IMG/VR virus record: IMGVR_UViG_2718217884_000005 | Coordinates: 1-25,610 of that record | Reading direction: 5' to 3' (one strand) | DNA: 25,610 nucleotides | DNA from: a virus | Lineage: Duplodnaviria; Heunggongvirae; Uroviricota; Caudoviricetes | Shown here: positions 1 through 11,660 of the stretch, piece after piece | How positions within the stretch are numbered: position 1 is the first letter of the stretch | Layout of the letters: the number at the start of each line of letters is the position of its first letter | Translations under genes and position numbers: made by a program | Notes under the pieces: generated by a model | The model's input: only the letters and a program-made list of their open reading frames with translations | Databases searched by the model: none | What the model was told of the DNA's origin: nothing

Positions 1-443
1 TGAAATGTAAAACACTACCTCTGCTGGCGATGGTTGCCACCACTCTGTTTCTGAGCGCCTGCGATGACAGGAGTGATGACCTGAAAGCTATCAGTAAATT
101 TAAGGACCTCACGCCTCCGCGCTTCAGCGATGTGGTCAGTCGGCAGGATGATGTCAGCGAAGAATGGTCACAGGTTGGCTTTTCATCAGGTCTCACCCTG
201 CAGGTCTTACGTACCCGTGAGTCGCCCGATGGCTGCGAGGGCGGTAGTTACTACTACCTCGTGGATATGCAGGAAAAAACCATCCAGCCGCTGATGAATG
301 CGCTGTGTATTGCCGATAACATCAAACTGGAATACCAGGAGGTGACGGACCCGTATACCAAAGAAAAATACTTTGAGTACGCCCATGACGGCAAACTGAT
401 GGGGCAGCTACTGATACCCTCGAACCCTGACAATCAGGAATAA
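1..443 (+). CDS. CP4-type prophage lipoprotein (YfjS/YafY-like); start codon probably cut by the window edge
   Basis: ORF 30..443; in-frame upstream codons give KCKTLPLLA before MVATTLFLSAC, a signal peptide with lipobox LSAC; the ATG would sit at positions 0-2. Confidence 0.55.
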   Translation, partial: KCKTLPLLAMVATTLFLSACDDRSDDLKAISKFKDLTPPRFSDVVSRQDDVSEEWSQVGFSSGLTLQVLRTRESPDGCEGGSYYYLVDMQEKTIQPLMNALCIADNIKLEYQEVTDPYTKEKYFEYAHDGKLMGQLLIPSNPDNQE

Positions 444-465
444 AACAACGACAAAGGAGACAAGA

Positions 466-933
466 ATGACAATACTTTCACTAAGTCGGTTTATGCTGGC
501 GGGTGTACTGCTCGCGAGCTTTAATGCCTCTGCTATCCCGGGGTTCTGGCAGCAGGGTTACGGTCAGGGCAATACGGAATACAGCGTGACCGAAGCCAGC
601 GGAAAGACGTTTACCATCAACTGCACAGGGAACCCGGACCAGAATGGTTTCTATCAGCATTCAGTCTTTCTTACCCTTGCCGATGACAAGATGGTCAGTT
701 CGCACGATGACGACACTACTATCACCGTAGTGATGGATCACCAGCAGTACATTATTCCGTCCAGCCTGGGCTGGCGTAACGGCGATAACGCCTGGTTTGA
801 CTTCATCAGCAATATCTCTGAGGCCGGGCAGTTCGACGTCTACGTCAATGACCACAAAGCAGGGACCTTCACTGCGGACCGGAAGAACACTGAGAAAGTT
901 CTGTCCACTCTCGGAGACTGCAGCAACGACTGA
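466..933 (+). CDS. secreted hypothetical protein of CP4-type island (YfjT/YkfB-like)
   Basis: 155-aa ORF with N-terminal hydrophobic signal-like segment; GGAG-type RBS upstream; synteny with CP4 island genes. Confidence 0.5.
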   Translation: MTILSLSRFMLAGVLLASFNASAIPGFWQQGYGQGNTEYSVTEASGKTFTINCTGNPDQNGFYQHSVFLTLADDKMVSSHDDDTTITVVMDHQQYIIPSSLGWRNGDNAWFDFISNISEAGQFDVYVNDHKAGTFTADRKNTEKVLSTLGDCSND

Positions 934-1009
934 TAGTAGTATCTTCCCCAGCAAATCCACCCCGACAGCTAGCAGGCTGCCGGGGTTTTCTTTTATCAGG
1001 AGCCCGAAA

Positions 1010-1249
1010 ATGACCCAATCCGTGTTGCTGCCACCGGGGCCTTTCACCCGGAGACAAGCGCAAGCGGTCACTACCACGTACAGCAATATCACACTCGAAG
1101 ACGACCAGGGCAGTCACTTCCGTCTGGTGGTTCGTGATACTGAAGGCCGGATGGTCTGGCGGGCATGGAACTTTGAGCCGGATGCCGGTGAAGGTCTTAA
1201 CCGCTATATCCGCACCTCAGGCATCCGTACAGACACGGCCACCCGCTGA
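1010..1249 (+). CDS. small conserved CP4-type prophage protein (79 aa)
   Basis: ATG at 1010 with AGGAG about 8 nt upstream; lies immediately upstream of the antirestriction gene as in CP4 islands. Confidence 0.4.
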   Translation: MTQSVLLPPGPFTRRQAQAVTTTYSNITLEDDQGSHFRLVVRDTEGRMVWRAWNFEPDAGEGLNRYIRTSGIRTDTATR

Positions 1250-1346
1250 TCGCGAAGCATTTACCCGCATTCACCTCCCCGAACACACTTTATATCCCCA
1301 TACGCCAGCCATCGCCGCTGGCGTTTTTATTGACGGAGACATACCC

Positions 1347-1805
1347 ATGACAACACAGACGCAGCACGACCTCGCACCCGCTAACCAACCCGAATTTGAA
1401 CTGACCGTCACGCCGGTCCCCGATGAACAGCGTATCGATTTCTGGCCACAGTACTTTGGCGCTATCCCGCAGTGGCTACTCCTGGAGCCGCATATCTTCG
1501 CCTGGATGGACCGCTTCTGTGAGGGCTACAGCGGTGGTATCTGGTCGTTCTACACCCTCAGCAATGGCGGCGCATTTATGTCCCCCGAGCCTGACAACGA
1601 TGAGACATGGCGTCTGTTTAACTGCCTGAACGGTAACGATGCCCAAATGAGTGCAGAAGCAGCAGGTATTGCTGTCTGCCTGATTGCGTATAGCCACCAT
1701 GCCTGCCGTACAGAATGTGACGCGATGACCGCACACTATTACCGCCTGCGGGAGTATGCCATGCAACATCCAGAGGCTCACGCCATTCTGCGTATTATCG
1801 ACTGA
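1347..1805 (+). CDS. yafX: antirestriction protein (ArdB/KlcA family, YafX/YfjX-like)
   Basis: 152-aa translation from the internal ATG at 1347 matches recalled CP4 antirestriction proteins; symbol is a guess based on the thrW-adjacent location. Confidence 0.75.
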   Translation: MTTQTQHDLAPANQPEFELTVTPVPDEQRIDFWPQYFGAIPQWLLLEPHIFAWMDRFCEGYSGGIWSFYTLSNGGAFMSPEPDNDETWRLFNCLNGNDAQMSAEAAGIAVCLIAYSHHACRTECDAMTAHYYRLREYAMQHPEAHAILRIID

Positions 1806-1820
1806 CCGAAGGAGCAACAG

Positions 1821-2297
1821 ATGAAACAGCTTTCCTTTTTACCCGGCGAGATGACGCCACAGGACCGGCGTCTCATTCAGCGGGCGCTCAGGGCTCTGGA
1901 CCGCCACCTGCATGAGCCCGGCGTAGCCTTCACCTCTACCCACGCCGTACGTGAATGGCTGCGACTGCATATGGCCGCGCTTGAGCGGGAAGAGTTCCGG
2001 GTGTTGTATCTGGACAACCAGAATCAGTTGATTGCCCATGAAACGCTCTTCACCGGCACGATTAACCGCACCGAGGTGCATCCCCGGGAGGTGGTCAAAC
2101 GTGCTCTGCACTTCAACGCGGCGGCGGTGATACTCGCGCATAACCATCCTTCCGGCGAGACGACACCTAGCCAGGCCGACAAAACCCTCACGCAGCGACT
2201 GGTTCAGGTGCTTCAGCTGGTGGATATCCGTGTCCCTGACCATCTGATTGTCGGTGGCAGGCAAATCTATTCGTTCGCAGAACACGGTCTGCTTTGA
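1821..2297 (+). CDS. ykfG: RadC-like JAB/MPN domain protein
   Basis: 158 aa with the HNHPSG JAB metalloprotease-like motif; RBS GGAG upstream; conserved CP4 island position. Confidence 0.8.
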   Translation: MKQLSFLPGEMTPQDRRLIQRALRALDRHLHEPGVAFTSTHAVREWLRLHMAALEREEFRVLYLDNQNQLIAHETLFTGTINRTEVHPREVVKRALHFNAAAVILAHNHPSGETTPSQADKTLTQRLVQVLQLVDIRVPDHLIVGGRQIYSFAEHGLL

Positions 2298-2305
2298 GGT
2301 ATTAC

Positions 2306-2527
2306 ATGAAAATTATCAGTAAACGCAGGGCAATGACGATATACCGCCAGCATCCTGAGTCCCGAATCTTTCGCTACTGCACCGGCAAATACCAGTGGCA
2401 CGGTAGCGTCTGTCATTACACCGGCAGGGACGTTCCGGATATCGCCGGAGTCCTCGCGGTATACGCCGAACGCCGCCAGGACCGCAATGGGCCCTATACC
2501 TGCCTGATGAGCATCACCCTGAACTGA
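2306..2527 (+). CDS. DUF987-family small protein (YkfH/YeeT/YpjJ-like)
   Basis: 73-aa ORF from ATG 2306 between the RadC-like gene and the antitoxin, as in CP4 TA loci. Confidence 0.55.
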   Translation: MKIISKRRAMTIYRQHPESRIFRYCTGKYQWHGSVCHYTGRDVPDIAGVLAVYAERRQDRNGPYTCLMSITLN

Positions 2528-2545
2528 CAATAGTGGAGAACTGTA

Positions 2546-3225
<680 letters not shown>

Positions 3226-3290
3226 ACATTGCGTACAACCTTCCCGATTTACATTTCTGAACTTCCTCCCTTGTTTACCTATTGCGTAAT

Positions 3291-3327
3291 GCGCCTGCTA
3301 CTACCCGGCAGGCGCGTTATCTTTTTA
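3291..3327 (+). terminator. rho-independent terminator after the toxin gene
   Basis: 8-bp stem gcgcctgc / gcaggcgc around a 9-nt loop, followed by a T-rich run (gttatcttttta). Confidence 0.6.
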
Positions 3328-3604
3328 CGGACAAACAATCATGCAACCAGAAGTTGAAGTATTAACCGATCATAATGAGCTAATTTGTTCGAGCTTTATT
3401 GAACACATTGCCAACACATTAAATTTAGGAGTGGTGTACAACTAAACCTGCAGCCAAGGATGTATAGTGAGCGAAGCCCTATCAGGCCTTTTTGGTCAGT
3501 AGATAAGATTGATCTTCGTTGATAGAATTTACTTACACCAGCTGTTACATTAAGATAATTTTTTGGTGGGAGAATGATAAGATCTTACGTAACAATTTGA
3601 TTTT

Positions 3605-3652
3605 AATGGTGCCGATAATAGGAGTCGAACCTACGACCTTCGCATTACGAAT
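3605..3652. repeat. prophage attachment-site repeat: 48-bp copy of the thrW 3' end
   Basis: aatggtgccgataataggagtcgaacctacgaccttcgcattacgaat is identical to 24165..24212 inside thrW; identity ends at 3653. Confidence 0.85.
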
Positions 3653-3879
3653 CATAAGAATCCGCTTCTAATTCAAAGTATTACCCCATCAACACTGCGC
3701 TCACACGTCCCACCACATCAAAACATGTAAAGCCTTGCAAGCCATTGTGAGGCCTTATGTGTCTCAGTTTTGTCCCACTACGACCTGCACAGAAAATAAG
3801 AAAATAGCGGTGATATCAAACAGTACAGAAGTCTTTTTTCTTTCAAATGGAGAAACTGATTAACCCGTTTAATTGTACT

Positions 3880-4135
3880 CCTCATGGGTAATCAGCAGTC
3901 CTCAGAGTAATGGAATGGCAGAAAGGTTCGTGAAAACGATGAAGGAAGACTACATCGCGTTCATGCCGAAACCGAATGTAAGAACGGCATTGCATAATCT
4001 TGCAGTGGCGATCGAACATTACAATGAAAACCATCCGCACAGTGCGTTGGGTTATCGCTCTCCGCGAGAATATCGACGTCAGCGGGTAACGTTAACTTAA
4101 GATACACCCCCTGTCTGGAAATAAGGGGGCAAGAA
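3880..4135 (+). pseudogene. IS3-family (IS2-like) transposase C-terminal remnant with right-end sequence
   Basis: translation [20 protein letters not shown]...[14 protein letters not shown] is the conserved C-terminus of IS2/IS3 OrfB; 4108-4130 resembles the IS2 terminal sequence; no N-terminal part present. Confidence 0.6.
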
Positions 4136-4141
4136 CAATGA

Positions 4142-4894
4142 TCAGATTCCCTGGTGAGTAAGAATTTTACTTTCTGAACTCCTCTGAGAGTATTGACTTG
4201 GAGAAACACCAAAATAACGTCTAAATACATAAGTAAAGTATGAGATACTGGCATAACCACAGACCTTAGCTACTTTACTAATAGGATAACAACGAGTGCT
4301 GAGTAAATATTCAGCCATTTGCATCCTCTCATCAAGTATGATCTTACTGAATGATACCCCCTCTTCTTTCAATTTCCTCTTTAGTAAACTTTCGCTGAGA
4401 TATAATCTTGATGATATATCCTTAAGACGCCATGGTGCAGATAAATCCGTATGAATAATCGTTTTAACTTTAGCCCCTGTGCTTTTCAAACATCCAAACA
4501 GAAATACTCCAAATTGTTTTTCAGAAGAAAATGCAGAGAGACATGTAAAAGCAATAGACTCATCAAAAATTTCTATGTATTCAGCACAGTGATTAGCCCA
4601 ACTAATTAATCCTTTAATTAAACTGAAGTCAGCAAAGTTTATTTTTAAATAAGATGGATATTCCCTACAATCAGAAATATCCCTTAAGTTATTAGCTTTC
4701 AAATAGCGACTAATAAACTCAGCGCCAAAATCCGCCACTATCACTCTTTCAGGATATGTCAGGAAAAAATCTCTAGAGCTAGAGTCGACAAGTACAGATG
4801 AACCTCTCTCCAGAAACACACTCTCTTTTCCGAAATAAACATCAAAGGACTCCAAAATCAATATAACTGAACATGTAGTTGCCATATCATCCAC
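4142..4894 (-). CDS. AraC-family transcriptional regulator
   Basis: 250 aa with a C-terminal AraC-type double HTH (KVAKVCGYASISYFTYVFRRYFGVSPSQY); visibly AT-rich. Confidence 0.8.
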   Translation of the reverse strand: MDDMATTCSVILILESFDVYFGKESVFLERGSSVLVDSSSRDFFLTYPERVIVADFGAEFISRYLKANNLRDISDCREYPSYLKINFADFSLIKGLISWANHCAEYIEIFDESIAFTCLSAFSSEKQFGVFLFGCLKSTGAKVKTIIHTDLSAPWRLKDISSRLYLSESLLKRKLKEEGVSFSKIILDERMQMAEYLLSTRCYPISKVAKVCGYASISYFTYVFRRYFGVSPSQYSQRSSESKILTHQGI

Positions 4895-5138
4895 CCAATT
4901 TAACTGAAACCAGGATGAAGTATATGCATATAAAGTTCACTTTGCCAAACTTCAGTATAAAAAACCACATAAAAAATAGGGTGTGATAAAAAACACCGTA
5001 AAAATAAAGCAAAGGATTATAAATTCCGTTACAGTTACAAATGATACTTAAGAAACAATTCCTTAGAAAACCTTATTTACAGCCAATAAGTAAGACACTT
5101 ATATGATATCAAGTTTTCATAAAACATAACTAGGCTAA

Positions 5139-6333
<1,195 letters not shown>

Positions 6334-6536
6334 CATAGCCAATAAGCATGTTAAATCCCCCTGGTAAAAGCAGGAATGATGCCATTTGCTTGTTATTTCT
6401 TCATTTTCATAAACGTTCATTTAATATTGTAATTTTTCAAACACTCCCTATAAATGCACTATCTGTACAATTCAACAAATTAACCTTATACTACTCACAT
6501 TATTTTTGTACACATTAAAACCAGCAAATACAACAT

Positions 6537-7601
6537 ATGAACTCGAATAGGTTAACCAGTCGATTGCAACATTTAGATGGGCTTAGAGGACTTGCTATAC
6601 TTCTTGTTATCTCTTTCCATGTTTTTTCTCGCTGGCCTGAATATTTAAACTTCGTCCATTACACAGGAAATATCATCCCATTTAAATATGGCATGCATGG
6701 CGTGCAGTTATTTTTCATGATATCAGGGTATGTTATCTTTTTGTCGATGGATAATTGCAAAAATATGATAAATTTCTTACTAAAAAGATGGACGAGATTA
6801 TTTCCGGCAATGCTATCATGTACAGCATTCATCTTTCTTTACTCTGTGTTTATTCATAACAGACCTGCCGGAACACCAAATTTGACAGATGCCATACCTG
6901 GCATCACTTTTATTCACCCGCAACTATTAAACTCAATATTCCATACTACCATCAACTCATTAGAGGGTGCCTTCTGGACATTATACGTTGAAGTTTTCTT
7001 TTACATTTTCGCTGGATTCATTTTCTTTCTGATGGGAAGAAAGATTTTTATGATTATGCTCTTTATGATGTTGCCTTTATACATCACTGGAGAGTTAGTT
7101 GCCCCTGGTGCTTTTGAACTACTATTCACATGTACTGGCTTACATAGTTTTGGATGGTTTTACATTGGTTGTTGCGTTTATGAGATTAAGAACAACAATA
7201 AAAACCCGGTTATCATAGCATCTCTCTTTATAACATTAACCCTCAACCTTCTTTCAGGGTATATTTTATTCAAAGATAATTATGGAATTGGGAATATCAT
7301 ATCCCTGTTAACTTTATTCATTATATTCATAGGTTCATTTTATATTCCAGCGTTCACTACCACCATGAAAAACAAATATCTACTTTTTTTTGGATTTATA
7401 AGTTATCCCCTTTACTTAATTCATGAGAATTTGATAGTAGCATTATCCAACAGTCTAATATCAAGTTTTAATCTGTCAGGTTATTTTTCCATAACCTCAT
7501 TAATCCCATCCATTTGCATAGCCATTCTTTTTTCTTACTTTATTGCAAAAAAAATAGAGCCTTATGTCATAAGAAAACTTAGAAACAGCTATGCAGGTTA
7601 A
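6537..7601 (+). CDS. acyltransferase-3 family membrane protein (O-antigen or other surface glycan O-acetyltransferase-like)
   Basis: 354 aa, about 10 hydrophobic segments; N-terminal LDGLRGLAILLVISFHV carries the AT3 R-x10-H signature; strongly AT-rich. Confidence 0.8.
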   Translation: MNSNRLTSRLQHLDGLRGLAILLVISFHVFSRWPEYLNFVHYTGNIIPFKYGMHGVQLFFMISGYVIFLSMDNCKNMINFLLKRWTRLFPAMLSCTAFIFLYSVFIHNRPAGTPNLTDAIPGITFIHPQLLNSIFHTTINSLEGAFWTLYVEVFFYIFAGFIFFLMGRKIFMIMLFMMLPLYITGELVAPGAFELLFTCTGLHSFGWFYIGCCVYEIKNNNKNPVIIASLFITLTLNLLSGYILFKDNYGIGNIISLLTLFIIFIGSFYIPAFTTTMKNKYLLFFGFISYPLYLIHENLIVALSNSLISSFNLSGYFSITSLIPSICIAILFSYFIAKKIEPYVIRKLRNSYAG

Positions 7602-7632
7602 TTCTGTTACTGTTGATCGATTAGCTCAGAAT

Positions 7633-7998
7633 TTATAGATTTGGCTCTGGAGGCCAGTTAATCTCAGGGTAGGTTGTTACATCAACAGCCTTAACCTGAT
7701 TCTTATATAAAAGCCACGCCGAAAGTTTAGCTCTGTTGGCATCGCTGATTTCACCCAGCATCAGCTCTGTGCGCCAGTCGAGCATAATTGCATCAGCGGC
7801 GGACAGTAATCGCTGTCGCTCATTTTCAGCAGCCTGGATGAGTTGTTCATGAGTCGGTGGGGGATTAATAATTGCCATAGCCTCACTTCTGGTGATTGGC
7901 ACAAGCCCTTCTTTGATAAAAGCATCCTGTGTGCCATATGCATCGTAGGCATATACGACGTTATTTTCATCTTTGTAATACTTCATCATTGTTATCAT
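7633..7998 (-). CDS. tfa: tail fibre assembly chaperone (Tfa)
   Basis: 121 aa resembling lambdoid Tfa proteins; ATGA overlap with the stop of the upstream tail-fibre frame. Confidence 0.7.
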   Translation of the reverse strand: MITMMKYYKDENNVVYAYDAYGTQDAFIKEGLVPITRSEAMAIINPPPTHEQLIQAAENERQRLLSAADAIMLDWRTELMLGEISDANRAKLSAWLLYKNQVKAVDVTTYPEINWPPEPNL

Positions 7999-8654
7999 TT
8001 TTTATCCACCTCTACCCAGGTAACATCTGACACTGTTCCTGAAAACTGCTGCACAATATAGGTCGCACCGGCAGGAACCATGAATGCGATAGTTGCTCTT
8101 TGCCCTGCAAGATTTGTTGTCTGAGAGCCGCGAAAATTAGCCGAATTACCATCCACATTAACGTTGGCGCTCAGAAATGAACTACCGTCAGACAGCACCG
8201 CATTGACGCTTACAAATATGGCGAAAGACTGGCTGTTGGTGTATACGACACCGAGATTTCTAGATTTCATTCCGCATTGACCAAACAACCCTTTCATATC
8301 TGAATAGTTTTGTGATGCAGCAAGTGATGATGCAGCAACACCAGATTCTGTTGATGTTCTGGAATCAGATACGCGGATAATTCCCTTGTTTGTAGTGGTT
8401 GCATCATTAGTCTTGCCTTGCAGAGCTACAATATCCGCATAATTCATCGCTGCCGCTTTTGCTGTTGCAGCAAGCGTTTCAGATTCGGATACCCTTGATG
8501 ATGTAAGTTGAACAATTCCTTTCTGTGTCGTAGTTGAATCCTGAGTTTTGTTTTGCAAAGATTTTATGTCCGTATAGTTTTGCGCGACAGCATTAGCTGT
8601 GGCTGCAATATCCTCTGCACCCGATATCGGAGTAATCAGTAAATAGCTCTCCGC
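7995..8654 (-). pseudogene. side tail fibre protein, C-terminal fragment only
   Basis: open frame with tail-fibre-type repeats (NYxDIxxLQxKT, TTTxKG); no plausible N-terminus; frame closes at a stop at 8655-8657 next to the endolysin remnant. Confidence 0.65.
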
Positions 8655-8766
8655 CTACAATGACGTCATAACCATGATTTCTGGTTTTCTGCCGTCCGTT
8701 ATCCGTTCCTTCTGACCATGCCACCATATCGAGGAAAGCCTTACGCTGAGGATTAAGATTTTGCAT
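8626..8766 (-). pseudogene. lambda R-type endolysin, N-terminal 47 codons only
   Basis: translation MQNLNPQRKAFLDMVAWSEGTDNGRQKTRNHGYDVIVGGELFTDYSD matches the recalled lambda R N-terminus, then diverges and stops; start overlaps the holin 3' end. Confidence 0.7.
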
Positions 8767-9070
8767 TTTTCACCCCTGTCAGTCGTTCCCAGAAGTACGT
8801 CAGTGCAACCGAACCCATCGCACCACTAATCCCCGCTGTCGCGAGAATCATGTAAATACTGAATCCACTTTCGATGCTGATCAGACCACCAATAACACCG
8901 GTGAATCCTGATACCACTATCTGAGCCAGAGCATTTATCCAACTCCACGTTGCTTTACTCTGCTTCACATCTATCAGGTAGCGGACCAGACCGCCCCAAC
9001 CTGCGATGATCAGCAAAACGAGCCAGAACGCTCCGGCAAGGCTCTCTTTTTCGTGCATATGAATAGCCAA
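8753..9070 (-). CDS. phage holin (three predicted TM segments, dual-start motif)
   Basis: 105 aa, MAIHMHEK dual Met start, three hydrophobic helices, charged C-terminus; sits between the Q-position gene and the endolysin remnant. Confidence 0.65.
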   Translation of the reverse strand: MAIHMHEKESLAGAFWLVLLIIAGWGGLVRYLIDVKQSKATWSWINALAQIVVSGFTGVIGGLISIESGFSIYMILATAGISGAMGSVALTYFWERLTGVKNAKS

Positions 9071-9283
9071 TGTTTCGCCGCCGACAAAAGGCCGGGACGT
9101 TAAATGTCAGAAATCAGGCTCACGGGGTAATTTAACGACAAAGCACGGAGTTGATGCTCCCCGCAAGCCTGGAATAAAAAAGCCAGCATGTAGCTGGCAA
9201 CAGAGGGTTAAGCAATATCAACTCAACAGCTGAAGACACCCTGGCTGGGGTAGGTTGGAAGGCTACTCACCGTCCAGAAACAG

Positions 9284-9312
9284 AAAAGCCCAAAGTTTTA
9301 AACCTCGGGCTT
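9284..9312 (-). terminator. candidate tR'-like intrinsic terminator in the late promoter region
   Basis: minus strand reads AAGCCC...GGGCTT hairpin followed by TTCTGTTTCT, in the Q–holin intergenic region. Confidence 0.35.
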
Positions 9313-9379
9313 GAATTTGGATTACTGCCAGTGCGTACAACATTGGCAAAATATCAGATTTACCCGAAATATATGCTTT

Positions 9380-10069
9380 TTAATCCAGTTTTGCAATACT
9401 TTGCTGTGAAAATGTCGTCTTTTGTTTTGAACGTGTTTTCGTTAAAAGCAATAAAGCTTGGCTATCAAGCTGTAGAAAAATGTGCTTCATTGCAACCCAG
9501 CGTTCAGTAAATGTCTCAGACCAGTTTTTTGATGTCACTCCCACCAGTGATGCCAGCTCCTGGTATTCATAGGTCTTACGCCCTGCCAGCTCGTTCTTCA
9601 CATCCTGTGCCGCCAGCCAGATCAACTTCTTTAAGCGTTCCAGTGTCTTACCTGCAATTTTCCTGGTACCCAACAGAGTCTTAAACTCGCTCCATACCCA
9701 CTGCGTTATGGTGACCTGATGTTCCCAGCGAACAATTTCGCTGTAACTCCACAGCAACCACGCTTTCTGGTGTTCTTCGAGAGACAGAACCGCGCGGCGC
9801 CATGAAGATGTTGAGAACTCAACCTGGCTGACCAGTGCAATGGATGAACCTTTTGCGTACGACTGCTTACCGGAAATCGGCGGATTATCCAGCGTAATCA
9901 TCTTGCCCGTTACCTCATCCAGAATGCGCGGCTTCTTTCGTTTATATGTACCAGTATCAAATTGTGCATGCTCCAGCCAGGCTTCAAGCTGGCCTTTCGT
10001 TGCTCCGCTCAAATCAGCAGTAGCCACAATGAGTTGCTCGCGGACATACTGTAAATATTGGGTATTCAT
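9380..10069 (-). CDS. putative late-gene antiterminator (Q-position protein)
   Basis: 229-aa ORF between ylcG/rusA and the holin, with a ~310 bp intergenic region before the holin; call is by synteny, no family signature recognised. Confidence 0.45.
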   Translation of the reverse strand: MNTQYLQYVREQLIVATADLSGATKGQLEAWLEHAQFDTGTYKRKKPRILDEVTGKMITLDNPPISGKQSYAKGSSIALVSQVEFSTSSWRRAVLSLEEHQKAWLLWSYSEIVRWEHQVTITQWVWSEFKTLLGTRKIAGKTLERLKKLIWLAAQDVKNELAGRKTYEYQELASLVGVTSKNWSETFTERWVAMKHIFLQLDSQALLLLTKTRSKQKTTFSQQSIAKLD

Positions 10070-10206
10070 GCGGCAGCTCCTTTCAGTGTTTTGGCGTAAT
10101 TCTTCAGTATCCGGTAATCGGTCAAAACAGAACCGGGGAAACGATATAAGCGCAGGCGCATCCAGCGGTGGCGAAGACGTTCTGCCATATAAGACTCAAA
10201 CATCAT
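10066..10206 (-). CDS. ylcG: YlcG-like small protein (46 aa)
   Basis: minus-strand [53 protein letters not shown]-type overlaps with rusA and the Q-position gene; missed by the ORF track size cutoff. Confidence 0.55.
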   Translation of the reverse strand: MMFESYMAERLRHRWMRLRLYRFPGSVLTDYRILKNYAKTLKGAAA

Positions 10207-10565
10207 TCATTCCCCAGTTCAGTGATGGTCAGCTCCAGCTTCCCACCTTTGGTAACGGGCATCTTCACAACACGGTAATCAACGACCTGAATATCATCCA
10301 GCCAGAAACCTGCTTTGGTGAGTGCGTCAAAAGCGGCTTTTTGCAGATTATCCAGGTCACGGCGACGGCGATCCGGCATGTGGCACTCAATACGGATTTT
10401 CACAGGCATAGCCAGGCCGATATCCAGCATTGCGTTTTTAATGATTCGGGCGACGTTATCGCGGTATGCCTGCCCCTCTGCGCTGACGTGCGTGCGCCCG
10501 CGATTATGGCGGTAATAGCGATTATTGCTCGGAGGCCAGGGTAATGTGATGCTGTAGGTATTCAC
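10203..10565 (-). CDS. rusA: Holliday junction resolvase RusA
   Basis: 120-aa translation almost identical to recalled E. coli RusA. Confidence 0.95.
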   Translation of the reverse strand: MNTYSITLPWPPSNNRYYRHNRGRTHVSAEGQAYRDNVARIIKNAMLDIGLAMPVKIRIECHMPDRRRRDLDNLQKAAFDALTKAGFWLDDIQVVDYRVVKMPVTKGGKLELTITELGNE

Positions 10566-10852
10566 GCCTTAATAACCCCCTCTTTCAGCCAGATAACCTG
10601 TGTTCTCGCCATACCTTCCAGCGCGCATTCTTTTGCATACTCAGCATCGACAAAATGCGTGCGACGGTCGATCTCATCGTGACAGGCAGAACATGCAATG
10701 GTGGCAATCAGGTCTGGCGGTTTGGTACCGGTGCCACACAATTCAGCCAGCCGGATATGTGCCAGTACAGACGTTTCAGGGTTGCCATTACATACGCCAG
10801 GGATTCTTACCTGGCATTCCCGACCACGCGCTGCTTTTCTCAAATCAGCCAT
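10562..10852 (-). CDS. ybcO: YbcO-like DUF1364 protein (putative nuclease)
   Basis: 96 aa from [23 protein letters not shown] with Cys-rich motifs; RBS AGGAGG upstream; DLP12 nin-region synteny. Confidence 0.75.
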   Translation of the reverse strand: MADLRKAARGRECQVRIPGVCNGNPETSVLAHIRLAELCGTGTKPPDLIATIACSACHDEIDRRTHFVDAEYAKECALEGMARTQVIWLKEGVIKA

Positions 10853-11015
10853 GATTCCTCCTTGCTGCCAGTCGCAACCATTTTTTATCAACCAGGCTGG
10901 CGGTATACCCTAGCAGTGTTGGTATTTCGGATGGCTTCAGCTCAGGCTTACGCTTACGACGATTTGGTACTCTGTAGATGTGTCCGTTCATGACCCGAAT
11001 AAGCGGTGTAGCCAT
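10845..11015 (-). CDS. ninE: NinE-like small protein (56 aa)
   Basis: [30 protein letters not shown]... between ybcN and ybcO with overlapping start/stop codons; missed by the ORF track. Confidence 0.5.
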   Translation of the reverse strand: MATPLIRVMNGHIYRVPNRRKRKPELKPSEIPTLLGYTASLVDKKWLRLAARRNHG

Positions 11016-11470
11016 TACGCCTCCTGCTTGTCGCGCAGCAGCTGGAACTCGCAGCTCTGCGGAATAGTCAGGTGGCAGCCAATATTCATCGCCCAGGCTT
11101 CAACCTTACACAGGAAGACATACATCTCTCCGGTATCGAGATCGGAGGTATGACGTAATGACTGAATGGTGGTGATTTCACCGGTTACGACATCAACCAG
11201 TTCTTTGGTTTCATAACCGAGATAAGTGTGTTTGAGAGCATCTTTTACCCAAGCTGGAGTGGCGAACGTTTTACCCCTGCTGATGAGGTATTCACTGATT
11301 TCGCTGTACCACATGTGGCTGAGTGCATTCTGGGAAAGACTGCGTCTTTCGCGCCACGGTTTAAGCACCATGCGAAAGCATTTGCCGTCCTCCAGATAAG
11401 GCTGGATCTGCTGACCGATAGCGGTGAAGTTACCGCGATGCAATTTGATACCGTCTTGTGGGAGGTTCAC
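11015..11470 (-). CDS. ybcN: YbcN-like protein (DLP12 nin region)
   Basis: 151-aa translation matches recalled YbcN; conserved position upstream of ninE. Confidence 0.8.
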   Translation of the reverse strand: MNLPQDGIKLHRGNFTAIGQQIQPYLEDGKCFRMVLKPWRERRSLSQNALSHMWYSEISEYLISRGKTFATPAWVKDALKHTYLGYETKELVDVVTGEITTIQSLRHTSDLDTGEMYVFLCKVEAWAMNIGCHLTIPQSCEFQLLRDKQEA

Positions 11471-11660
11471 GCTTCACCTCCGCAGAGGTCAAACGTTGGA
11501 TGCAAAAAAACGCAGGTGCATTTCTGCATCTGTGAATGGAGAAGAGAGTTTGGATTGTATGTGCGCATAAACGTCCCCGTTTAGCGCAGAAGTCACCGGA
11601 GTTGTTCAAGCTCCGATGACTTTATTATTACGAATTGATTTTACAAAATCAAAAGGTATG

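Noticed and set aside
661-1092. Minus-strand ORFs (661..1092, 869..1117) and the upstream part of ORF 797..1249
   Set aside because: Overlap the better-supported plus-strand gene 466..933; only the 1010..1249 part with an RBS was kept.
1134-1346. Upstream extension of the antirestriction ORF
   Set aside because: The homologous protein begins at the internal Met (1347); the extension is Pro/Arg-rich with no RBS.
9840-10544. 234-aa plus-strand ORF
   Set aside because: Lies antisense across the Q-position gene, ylcG and rusA, which have strong support; Arg/Ser-rich low-complexity translation typical of a shadow ORF.
11590-11625. Hairpin cggag..ctccg as a terminator for the lipoprotein operon
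   Set aside because: On the minus strand the hairpin is not followed by a U-run; on the plus strand there is no upstream gene to terminate. Too weak to call.
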